Of a stretch of DNA of 64,000 nt, positions 7,979-16,685 are shown piece after piece. Source of the stretch: an archaeon. GTDB taxonomy: Archaea; EX4484-52; WAPT01. The DNA is taken from NCBI GenBank assembly GCA_029258795.1, contig JAPDKB010000002.1, positions 128,001-192,000 of the forward strand, given 5' to 3'. The position numbers and the translations under genes are program-made. The number at the start of each line of letters is the position of its first letter. Positions within the stretch are counted from its first letter, which is position 1. The notes beneath the pieces are model-generated. The model was not told where the DNA came from, searched no databases, and worked only from the letters and a program-made list of their open reading frames with translations.

Positions 7979-10900
7979 GCAGGAGTATAAGTGTGGACAT
8001 GACCATCACAGCCATGAGTTGTACGAGCTCTATTCCCGGAGCTTGTGTTTCTGCTCCTTCTGCAACCAGCTCCTTAAAGTTTAGAGTTACGTCTGCAACT
8101 TGTTTTTGAGATGTGCTCCAGCTGGTTGCAGTGATTTTTAAAATACACGATGGTTTGGTTGGATCGTAGACTGGCGTATAGACCTTGACAGGAATCCTCG
8201 TGATTTTGCCTGGAGGAATTGTGAAGCTCGTCTCTTTCTCGTATGGTGTGCCTTCATAACCAGCAAACCACGCTCTCACAAACTTGGAGCATCCTGAAGT
8301 ATTCAGTTTGAGGTCTATTAACTCATTAAATGTGTTGGGGTTTTTTATAGTAACAACGAGCCTCTTTTCAACACCTACTGTAATGTCTAGATTAGATGTT
8401 ACTATAAGTGAAGCCGACTTCGGCACGGAAGCGGATTCTACGCATTTAGACCTCACACAGCTTCCTGTTGCACAATCGCTTGATGTGCTGCATTTACAAT
8501 CTTTATCAGCCTGAACTTTGATGTCAAGGGCAGTGTAGTTCTTGTTGCCTGCTTTGTCCCATGCAACAATATAATATTCTTTGGTTTCTGAAGTACATCT
8601 ATCTAACGATATTTTACATACCTTGTCCTTGTCTACCTGATACTTCCATTCACAAATCACCTGATCGCAGTTGGGTGTAGGACACACTCTTATAATATCG
8701 ACCCCGCTCTTCCCGACGGTCGGCGATGTCTCATTATCATAGACATCCTCCACATTTGGATATTTGAAGGTGATGACCCACACTCTACTCACATCATCAA
8801 ATGTGAGGTTGTATGCTGTTTCAGGGCTGTGAATCACCGGAGGAAGCACATCCGGCAGGAAGAGCGACTCTCCCTTATAAGTATTTGCTTCACACACATA
8901 GCCCTGCCCGTTCTCGTCAAATACCAGTGTACCCTGATGTACTTGCTTAACGAGAGGCACACCGGTAGCTATCTCCACATTTTCATCACCATCAGGAGCA
9001 CTTTCGCACTTCCAGACAGTATGGAACCCTTTATAACCTGAAGCCGCACTTGCATTGCATGCGTAACGTCCGGCAGGTAGTTCTGCAGCAAGGCTATCTG
9101 GTGTGTCATCACCTATCTTTTCAATTTCATGCGATACCCAATGCTCACCATCCTTACATGAGCGATACACTGGAATGGGTTGCTTAGATTCGATATGACC
9201 CAGTGCACTATCGAGACCCTTTGAGTTATAAAGCTTTTTCGCATCTTCAGCCAAAAAATTATTCGCTGGTCCAAAACCACAGAGAGCAACCTCGTAATAG
9301 TTTCCAGTTTTACCGTTCACTTCAAGTGTTACGGGATTCATCAAACATTCCTCCCAGTTATATATGCATGCTGCAAGCACAGCAGGATCGAGACCTGCGA
9401 GCTCACCATAATTCCAATTTATGTTTGCCATCTGTTTCACGTCGCAGGTAGTATTTATGGTCAATGTCAGATTAACCATATCTATATTTAACGAACAATC
9501 ATACCCTACCGTTATGTTAACATGTATAGATGCGTCACTTCCATACTCTATTTTGTACTTATCTGGCACGCAGGTAAATTTTGGAGTATCACAACCTGCA
9601 GGTTCCACGTTGAATGCTTCCAGAACTTCCGTGGTGGATGGTTTGGGCATATCGCTACTCAGCACTTCTTCAAGATCGTCTGAACTCTTAATTGAAGTAT
9701 AAAACTCCGATGCATTTTCAAAGCCATACTTTGTTACATCAACATTAGAAAGCTTTACTTCGATATCTTCTCTTTCTAGAACATCCGTAAGTTCTCCTCT
9801 AAAAACGACATCGTCTAGTTTTTCACTACAAATTTGGTCAGAGTAGAAAGCAAAATCTGCAACCGTTTCCAAAACGCTTAAAGTATCTTCCTTATTGGCA
9901 TTATAAGCGTCAACAAGATCTGACGCGTCGCATATTTCCATCCCGTTAATTTTTGGTATGTCGAAAACAGAGAGGATTACATTTGTTTTCCTTTGTCTGG
10001 TTGATGTGCCAGATAGTTGTTGAGGAGTCACTTGTTCATTCACACCGATTAAGAAGTCCTGAGAATAAAACACTCTATTATATCCATCTCCCACGACCAA
10101 TCCCGGACCGGTAGTCACGGATACGCTACCCCACCCACCGTCTGGTTCCGGTGCTGTGAGGCTCTTACGAGCCACAACATTTTCTATACCCTGTCTTAAT
10201 CTCTTTCTGAAAGCCCACGCCCTGTAAGCATCAACTTTCCAGCTTAAATTATAGTACTTTTTGAACACTTTCTGCGTGTCTGGAATTTTCAGTCCAAGCA
10301 TAGGATGGGATAAAGTTACACTTAAGTTTTTGTGTCTAGCGTAAATTCCAGTGAGAATGCTTTCAACTCCACCGCTCTCATTTACAAGGCTCACTTTTAC
10401 TCTCATCATAGGAATCCTGTTCTGACACGCCTGTATGAAAGCGTTAAAAGTAACATTGACAGTCTCGTTGGTGAGTGGCCATCCCGGAATCAAGGAGTCC
10501 ACACCACCCGGATTAAATTCAAACGTCAGCTCCGGATGCTTGGTAATACCACGCATTAACAGCCAGTAACCAAAAGTAGCACATCCTTTACAGTAATTAA
10601 ACTCATTGTTATATTCCCAGGGTTCTATCCACGCTTCTGGACTGTCACATGTGGGGTTACTATCGACTATACACATAAATTTGTTCGAGCTCGAAGCAAA
10701 TTGTTGTGTTGTGGTTGTTGCACTAGAACTAGATGAGGATGACGCAGATGCTGTATTATCTATGACTTCCCACACATCACATGTTGGGGGGTTGGCGCAC
10801 TTAACCTCTGCCCATTCAGCACAAGTCGGCGGATCTGCACAGCCGCTTACAGGTTTCCCGCTCCCGTCCGTGACATTTAATAATTTACCCTCCTGCCCTT

Positions 10901-11213
10901 CTACCCATTTCCAATTAGTTACGTAGGTGCCACCATGCCAGTCGCGCCTCTCATAACTCCAACACAGATAGCCATTACATTTAATACACAATCTTAGTGT
11001 GCCCTCACTGGTAGTGCCGGCAGTAGAATAAAGTGCGTTTTCAGGACAGATTCTGGCATCTGAACAGTCCCTGGTGTCTATTACGTTAACTAAGCTACAT
11101 AGAGATTGAGGGTTTTGCTTAACACATTTATCTGCAAAAACCTGCGAGACGAGGTGTGTATACATTATACCTGCAATCAACATTGTTAAAATAAAGACTC
11201 TTATCTTTCTCAT
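7962..11213 (-). CDS. Large Cys-rich secreted/surface protein with C-terminal membrane anchor
   Basis: Signal peptide, short Cys repeats (CADPPTC/CANPPTC), S/T linker, C-terminal 'APGI'-TM-'RRNA'. Confidence 0.75.
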   Translation of the reverse strand: MRKIRVFILTMLIAGIMYTHLVSQVFADKCVKQNPQSLCSLVNVIDTRDCSDARICPENALYSTAGTTSEGTLRLCIKCNGYLCWSYERRDWHGGTYVTNWKWVEGQEGKLLNVTDGSGKPVSGCADPPTCAEWAEVKCANPPTCDVWEVIDNTASASSSSSSSATTTTQQFASSSNKFMCIVDSNPTCDSPEAWIEPWEYNNEFNYCKGCATFGYWLLMRGITKHPELTFEFNPGGVDSLIPGWPLTNETVNVTFNAFIQACQNRIPMMRVKVSLVNESGGVESILTGIYARHKNLSVTLSHPMLGLKIPDTQKVFKKYYNLSWKVDAYRAWAFRKRLRQGIENVVARKSLTAPEPDGGWGSVSVTTGPGLVVGDGYNRVFYSQDFLIGVNEQVTPQQLSGTSTRQRKTNVILSVFDIPKINGMEICDASDLVDAYNANKEDTLSVLETVADFAFYSDQICSEKLDDVVFRGELTDVLEREDIEVKLSNVDVTKYGFENASEFYTSIKSSDDLEEVLSSDMPKPSTTEVLEAFNVEPAGCDTPKFTCVPDKYKIEYGSDASIHVNITVGYDCSLNIDMVNLTLTINTTCDVKQMANINWNYGELAGLDPAVLAACIYNWEECLMNPVTLEVNGKTGNYYEVALCGFGPANNFLAEDAKKLYNSKGLDSALGHIESKQPIPVYRSCKDGEHWVSHEIEKIGDDTPDSLAAELPAGRYACNASAASGYKGFHTVWKCESAPDGDENVEIATGVPLVKQVHQGTLVFDENGQGYVCEANTYKGESLFLPDVLPPVIHSPETAYNLTFDDVSRVWVITFKYPNVEDVYDNETSPTVGKSGVDIIRVCPTPNCDQVICEWKYQVDKDKVCKISLDRCTSETKEYYIVAWDKAGNKNYTALDIKVQADKDCKCSTSSDCATGSCVRSKCVESASVPKSASLIVTSNLDITVGVEKRLVVTIKNPNTFNELIDLKLNTSGCSKFVRAWFAGYEGTPYEKETSFTIPPGKITRIPVKVYTPVYDPTKPSCILKITATSWSTSQKQVADVTLNFKELVAEGAETQAPGIELVQLMAVMVMSTLILLLRRNA

Positions 11214-11216
11214 CTC

Positions 11217-12581
11217 TCATCCCCTCCGTTTCACCAGTAGTATAAGTGTGAGGATCATGAATATGGCCATCGCTGCAATGCTGATCAACACCTTCTTGTG
11301 CATTGGTATTTTTTCCTCTTCTTTTGTTTGCGCTTTAAGAGTCAAACAGTCCAAACAGCCGTATCCAATTTCACTCTCCTCACACACACCATCAGTAAAA
11401 CATGGTACTGAAAGGTCTCTTATGCGCCCGTCGGGATAAATGATTTTTTCTGGTTCAAGTTTGTGGTACTCCACAATCTTGCTATCAAGGAGATTATTGT
11501 TTGCATCATAAAGATCAACCTTTAAAGTATACTTGTCAAGTTTTTCTGGTGCTTTCATCCTGACCTCTGTAACATAACTCTCTGGAGGAAGTTCTTTGAT
11601 TTCGAGCGTTTTACTCTTTAGGGTATTGCCATCTTTCATGATACTGACGACAAGTTTCACATCTCTTACCTCGCTATATCCATCAGCTGCACCAACCAGA
11701 TAAATCTGAAGCACAATATCTTCACCTTTCTCGTAAACATCTTTAGAATTAATAACATCGACAATTCTCCCGCTTACTCCCCTCACAACAATTCTCACTC
11801 TTTGCATCCCCACTCTTTCGAGGGTGTTCGCATCTTTCAGCACTACCACAATATCGTATGTTCCGGACCTTCCGATTTTAAGTGGTTCAGAAAACTCCTT
11901 TTCCTCTCTAGCATCAAGTTTGACACTCTCCTCCTTCAAAACTTCTCCATTATTTATATCTCCGTTTGCAGTAGTGAGGATATACTCGATCTTCATATGT
12001 CTTGGGTTATCCGCACGGCTTATAAGAGAGAACTTCACGTCGAACAGCTCATTAATATTAACAGACTCTCCTCTCAACCCATAGGACGGGATATAAAGGG
12101 TTGTACTACCCGCGTGCCTCGGAATCACAACATGGACCGGGTTAGATAAGTTAAAATAAATATCATACTTACAGGGTGAGAGAGGAAGGGAATTTTCATC
12201 TAGATCTAATATCTTGTCATAAATTGGATCGCCTCCGCCCGAGTAAAATTTGACCACCAATTTATAGTCTTCGCCCTTACACAGGTTAGGCAAGGAGAGT
12301 TTATAACTGAGCTCTTTCACTTCTCGAGGCGCGAGCAAGATGCTTGTAGAAAGCACAGTGAACATCTCCGCATTGTCTTTACTCCTCAAAATAATGGCCC
12401 TTAATATTACTTTTTTCACAGAATCATCATAATTAATCAACATTCCGTTGAGTTCATTACCTGAAATTTTAACACCGGTCACGCCGACGTATTTGGCCGC
12501 GGAAATTGGAGCCATAAAAGTAAGCGCAAGCATGAGCGCCAGTACAGAAAACAAAGTATAAGACAAATTTGAGAGTCGCAT
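11217..12581 (-). CDS. Secreted/surface protein with beta-rich (Ig-like) modules and C-terminal TM anchor
   Basis: Signal peptide, 'CFTDGVCEESE...CLDC' motif, TM helix plus KRRG; 3 nt from next gene. Confidence 0.75.
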   Translation of the reverse strand: MRLSNLSYTLFSVLALMLALTFMAPISAAKYVGVTGVKISGNELNGMLINYDDSVKKVILRAIILRSKDNAEMFTVLSTSILLAPREVKELSYKLSLPNLCKGEDYKLVVKFYSGGGDPIYDKILDLDENSLPLSPCKYDIYFNLSNPVHVVIPRHAGSTTLYIPSYGLRGESVNINELFDVKFSLISRADNPRHMKIEYILTTANGDINNGEVLKEESVKLDAREEKEFSEPLKIGRSGTYDIVVVLKDANTLERVGMQRVRIVVRGVSGRIVDVINSKDVYEKGEDIVLQIYLVGAADGYSEVRDVKLVVSIMKDGNTLKSKTLEIKELPPESYVTEVRMKAPEKLDKYTLKVDLYDANNNLLDSKIVEYHKLEPEKIIYPDGRIRDLSVPCFTDGVCEESEIGYGCLDCLTLKAQTKEEEKIPMHKKVLISIAAMAIFMILTLILLVKRRG

Positions 12582-12631
12582 GATTATCTTAGAGATTTAA
12601 GGTATATATAAAAATTACGCCTTCTCTCGGC

Positions 12632-13423
12632 GAGTGCGTCCGGATAACTAAGAATTTCTCCACCACAATATAAAAATCAAAATAAGAAGGCATCACCTCC
12701 CGAGGAAGTAATACGGGGGAGGAATGTGATGCCAGATGGAAATCTACTCCCTGATAAAAAACATTCTCTCAAACATATTTAAACGTAACAGAATCCCGCT
12801 TGAAATAAAACTCCTTGCCGTAACTTTATTCTTGCATGGTATGGGTGTGAGAAGGATAAGGAAAGTGGTTCAATCCTCCAAATCTTCAGTACACGAATGG
12901 ACCTTAAAGTTCAGGCAGGTTCTGAACTTTAAGGTGGAAAAGAAGAGAAGGAGATGCATAGCAATAGATGAAACCAAGCTGAGAGTGAATCAAGCATGGT
13001 ATTACATCCATGCTGCCATGGACGCGGAAACAAAAGAATTGATAGTGATGAAAGCATACACATCAAGAAATTACTTGAACACACTCGATTTCATAAAACG
13101 GGTTACGAGATTTTGCACAAACAGGGATTTTGAGATAATAACGGATAAGATGCCGTGTTATGAACAGGTATGCAGAAGGCTTGGAGTAAGGTGGAGACAT
13201 GAGACTTTTGGAAGGAGGAATTGTATTGAGCATGTGTTCAGATCATTCAAGTTTTTCACGATGAGGTTTAATCACTGTCTGTGCGTTGATTTACGTAAGG
13301 TGAGTTTGAGACTGGACAGGGATTACTGGTTTAAGAGGGTGCTGTATTTGCTTGAATTGTGGTGTGGAATGTTTATGTTTTATTGGAATGTTTTTAGGAG
13401 GTGAGGCTTATCCGGACGCACTC
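12632..13423 (+). mobile_element. IS6-family insertion sequence, 792 bp, with perfect 16-bp terminal inverted repeats
   Basis: GAGTGCGTCCGGATAA at 12632-12647 and its reverse complement at 13408-13423 enclose one transposase ORF; no target-site duplication visible. Confidence 0.9.
12736..13404 (+). CDS. IS6-family DDE transposase
   Basis: N-terminal HTH ('SVHEW'), 'IAIDETK', 'AAMD', 'IITDK', 'RNCIEH' DDE motifs; 222 aa. Confidence 0.9.
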   Translation: MEIYSLIKNILSNIFKRNRIPLEIKLLAVTLFLHGMGVRRIRKVVQSSKSSVHEWTLKFRQVLNFKVEKKRRRCIAIDETKLRVNQAWYYIHAAMDAETKELIVMKAYTSRNYLNTLDFIKRVTRFCTNRDFEIITDKMPCYEQVCRRLGVRWRHETFGRRNCIEHVFRSFKFFTMRFNHCLCVDLRKVSLRLDRDYWFKRVLYLLELWCGMFMFYWNVFRR

Positions 13424-14049
13424 CTCCGGTCAATCTCGTTGTGCACCACAGCTATGCAGCTTGATGCCAGATAGGGTAAAGGTCCAACGGAGATTTTTTC
13501 AGCTCCCAGCTTGTTGATTACGTAGTCCTCAACTTTTTTGGGCATGCCTATATGATCCCCGAGAATGAAGCAACAGTTATCTCCGAAATCCTCAACCTCT
13601 CTTATGTCCTCTCCTTTCTCGTGCAGCACAAAAAGCTTGAAATTGCACATCTCCTTCAATTCCTTAACGAGAGGCACAACATCTTTCCTAGCAATATAAA
13701 TCCCATCCTGAACCTTAACCCATTCCTCCCCCCTTTCCTGCGCTTTCCTTCCTTCTCTCTCCCATTTTTCAAGAGCTTTCTTTATCCAGCTACCCACATT
13801 TCGTTCATCCAGGGACAAGCGTTTGATGCTATCGGAAAAAAATCCGATGGTTTTGGGCGGGTCCGGAGGACCGTTCAGCACCGCGTAAAAAGCCACATTC
13901 TCCCTCAAATCATGACTCAGCCAGAGCGCCTGAGTAACACATCTCGCCACCAGGTCCATCCTGCCCCCGCTCCCCGGCAGGTCATTTAAAGAAAAGATCG
14001 GGGCTGTAGCACCCTTTCTGGAATAAAGCACGAACGCTCTTGTACTCAT
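13408..14049 (-). CDS. trmY: tRNA (pseudouridine54-N1)-methyltransferase
   Basis: 'FSLNDLPGSGGRMDLVARC', 'DERN', 'FILGDHIG', 'ISVGP...CIAVVHNEIDRR' SPOUT motifs. Confidence 0.93.
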   Translation of the reverse strand: MSTRAFVLYSRKGATAPIFSLNDLPGSGGRMDLVARCVTQALWLSHDLRENVAFYAVLNGPPDPPKTIGFFSDSIKRLSLDERNVGSWIKKALEKWEREGRKAQERGEEWVKVQDGIYIARKDVVPLVKELKEMCNFKLFVLHEKGEDIREVEDFGDNCCFILGDHIGMPKKVEDYVINKLGAEKISVGPLPYLASSCIAVVHNEIDRRSASG

Positions 14050-14135
14050 GTTGTAATGGAAGTGTGAAAAAATTGTTAAATCTTCCGCCGAAACGATAGA
14101 AATGTGTGCATCACCTTTTGGAGGTGAATTAGGGA

Positions 14136-14372
14136 ATGGAGGGGGACAAGATAGTGTACCTCTCACCAAACGAGAAGCTTAAAGTGACGCCCAACGGATA
14201 CGTTGTGAAGGAGAATACGTTGTTTGGTGAAAGGGAAGTGCTGGGGACATTCGAAGCCAACCTCGGTATTGGAGATCCGGATGGAATGAGGTATGCCCTG
14301 AGACACGGGTGCAGGGTCGTCATCAGCCCGGCGGAAGGGTTCAAAGCACTCGCGTACAGACCGCTTGAATGA
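14136..14372 (+). CDS. Small hypothetical protein
   Basis: GGAGGTGA RBS upstream, fills the gap between trmY and gatB; no recognised motif. Confidence 0.6.
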   Translation: MEGDKIVYLSPNEKLKVTPNGYVVKENTLFGEREVLGTFEANLGIGDPDGMRYALRHGCRVVISPAEGFKALAYRPLE

Positions 14373-14469
14373 TAACTTAAATAATGGCTTACGAATTTTC
14401 TTTTCTTTCCTCTTTTATCGGCAGGGATGAGCTTCAACCTTTAAAAATGTGAGTTTGCACTTTTCAACC

Positions 14470-15978
14470 ATGGTCGCTTCTGTATCCTCACCTTCAAAAA
14501 CAACTCAGAGCAACATTGTTACTTCTGGCGAGAAGGAGAGTGTGAAGGTCAAGATAGGACTGGAGACGCACGTTCAGCTCATAACCAACTCCAAGCTTTT
14601 CTGTTCCTGCAGGAATCCTGTGACGCTTGAAAAAGAACCGGAACCAAACACGCTTGTGTGCGATGTCTGCCTTGGAATGCCCGGAACGAAGCCGAGGGTA
14701 AACGAAAAAGTTATCGAGTATGCCATAAAAGTTGCTCTTGCTCTCAATTGTGAGGTTGCAGCCAGAACTTTCTTCTCAAGAAAGACGTACTTCTATCCGG
14801 ACATGAACAAGAACTTTCAGATAACGCAGTACGAAATACCAATAGCCAAAGGTGGATGGGTGGAAATAGAGGGGGATGATGGTAAAAGGAAGAGGATCAG
14901 GATAAGGCGCGTACATATAGAGGAGGACCCGGCCAAGCTGGTGCATAAAGAGGGCCACACCCTCGGGGATTATAATAGGGCGGGTGTACCTCTCCTTGAG
15001 ATAGTCACCGAGCCGGATTTTTCCAGCCCTAAGGAGGCGAGGGCATACCTTCAAAAGCTGGTGCAGATTCTGGAATATCTGGGGATTTATGATTCAACCA
15101 CACAGGCCACTGTGAAGAGTGATGCCAACATTTCCATCGTTTACAACGGAATGCAGGGCGAAAGAGTCGAGCTAAAGAACATAAGCGGCACAAAGGAGAT
15201 AGAGAGAGCTCTGAGCTACGAGGTTATAAGGCAGGTTAACGTGTTCAGGAGAGGCGGGGCTGTTGCCAGAGAGACCCGAAACTGGGATGAGAATGCCGGT
15301 GTGAGCAGACCCATGAGAATGAAGGAGGAAGAGGAAGAGTATGGCTATATTTTTGAGCCGGATCTGCCGATGGTGGAGTTTGAAAGGAAGTTTATTGAGA
15401 AAATAAAGGCATCGCTGCCAGAGCTTCCAGATGAGAAGAGGAAGAGGTTTGTCAAGCAATACAGCTTGAAGGAGAAAACCGCAGAATCGTTGACCAGCGA
15501 GATGGAAATTGCGGACCTTTTTGAGAAGCTCGTTTCTCACGTTTCTGTTAAGAACGCCGTGGCGTGGACACTTGTGCTGTTAAAAACTCTCAATTATCAC
15601 AATATCAAATACAGGGAAGCGGGTATAAAGGATGAATGGTTTATCGAGCTTGTGAGAGCTTACGAAAATAAAGAATACTCTGACCTTGTCACCGAAGAGA
15701 TTTTGAGAAGGATGGTGGAGGAGAAGCAGCCCTTGGAAAAAATTGTGAAAAAATACAAGTATCCTAAGCTTGGGGAAGGTGTGAAGCTGGAGGAGATTGT
15801 GGAGAACGTGATTGAGGAAAACAGAAAGGCAGTGGAGGATTATGTGGCTGGTAGGATGGAGGCACTTAACTTCCTGGTGGGGCAGGTGATGAGGGCAACG
15901 AAAGGGGCTGCGGATCCGAAAAAGGTAAGGGAAGTTATGATTTCAAAGCTTGAAAACCAGAAGAAGGAAAATAAATAG
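14470..15978 (+). CDS. gatB: Asp/Glu-tRNA amidotransferase subunit B
   Basis: 'KIGLETHVQL...SKLFC', 'RKTYFYPD', 'YNRAGVPLLEIVTEPD', C-terminal 'FLVGQVMRATKG'. Confidence 0.96.
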   Translation: MVASVSSPSKTTQSNIVTSGEKESVKVKIGLETHVQLITNSKLFCSCRNPVTLEKEPEPNTLVCDVCLGMPGTKPRVNEKVIEYAIKVALALNCEVAARTFFSRKTYFYPDMNKNFQITQYEIPIAKGGWVEIEGDDGKRKRIRIRRVHIEEDPAKLVHKEGHTLGDYNRAGVPLLEIVTEPDFSSPKEARAYLQKLVQILEYLGIYDSTTQATVKSDANISIVYNGMQGERVELKNISGTKEIERALSYEVIRQVNVFRRGGAVARETRNWDENAGVSRPMRMKEEEEEYGYIFEPDLPMVEFERKFIEKIKASLPELPDEKRKRFVKQYSLKEKTAESLTSEMEIADLFEKLVSHVSVKNAVAWTLVLLKTLNYHNIKYREAGIKDEWFIELVRAYENKEYSDLVTEEILRRMVEEKQPLEKIVKKYKYPKLGEGVKLEEIVENVIEENRKAVEDYVAGRMEALNFLVGQVMRATKGAADPKKVREVMISKLENQKKENK

Positions 15979-16021
15979 TCCAATATGCTTCCTCAAGTTT
16001 ATAGAATGGAGGGTAGAAACG

Positions 16022-16103
16022 TTTATATATGTGTGGTGTCCAATTATACATCGAGACACAATTTGTAGGGTGCGACCGGGGAGGATAGCCCTACATATTG
16101 TGT
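16022..16103 (+). promoter_or_regulatory. TATA box (16022-16029) followed by tandem NrdR boxes (16056-16071, 16088-16103)
   Basis: ACACAATTTGTAGGGT and GCCCTACATATTGTGT fit the NrdR consensus acaCwAtATaTwGtgt, 32 bp apart, upstream of nrdR-nrdJ. Confidence 0.75.
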
Positions 16104-16178
16104 GGTGTATTAATTGGATTAGTCCTACCTATCTCGATAAGGGCTGAAATTTCAACAAAAACACCGGAGGTGCTCGAA

Positions 16179-16685
16179 TTGCACTGTCCTTACTGCGGAT
16201 ATCATGAAACAAAGGTTATAGAAACGAGAGACGTAGGGGATGAGGCCATAAGGAGAAGAAGAGTGTGCCTGAGGTGTGATAAGCGTTTCACCACCTACGA
16301 AAGGATAGAGAGAATGGACATCTTCGTGATAAAGAAGGATGGCAGAAGGGAGAGATTCAGCAGGAACAAAGTGATGAAGGGCATACTTAAAGCATGCGAA
16401 AAAAGACCGATAAGCATAGAGGAAATAGAGAGGCTGGTGGAAAACGTAGAGAGCGAGATAAGGAAGAAGGATGGTGTTGAAGTGAGCAGCAGGGAGATAG
16501 GGGAGATAGTGATGCGCAAACTTAAAGAGCTGGATCACGTTGCATACATACGCTTTGCTTCGGTTTACAAAGAATTCAAAGATATAGATTCTTTTGCAAG
16601 GGAGGTGTTGATGCTCAAAAATGAGGTTAATAAAAAGGAGGATGTCGTAAAGGAGAATGTCGTGGTGAAGGGTGATACGGTATGA
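16179..16685 (+). CDS. nrdR: Transcriptional repressor NrdR
   Basis: 'CPYC...TKVIETR...[18 protein letters not shown]', ATP cone, '[10 protein letters not shown]'; TTG start after GGAGGTG RBS. Confidence 0.96.
   Translation: MHCPYCGYHETKVIETRDVGDEAIRRRRVCLRCDKRFTTYERIERMDIFVIKKDGRRERFSRNKVMKGILKACEKRPISIEEIERLVENVESEIRKKDGVEVSSREIGEIVMRKLKELDHVAYIRFASVYKEFKDIDSFAREVLMLKNEVNKKEDVVKENVVVKGDTV

Noticed and set aside
12620-13435. Target-site duplication around the IS6 element
   Set aside because: The flanks (..CTCTCGGC and CTCCGGTC..) are similar but not identical, so no direct repeat can be claimed.
16039-16118. Cobalamin riboswitch upstream of nrdJ
   Set aside because: No B12-box or riboswitch core is recognisable; the symmetry is better explained by inverted NrdR boxes.
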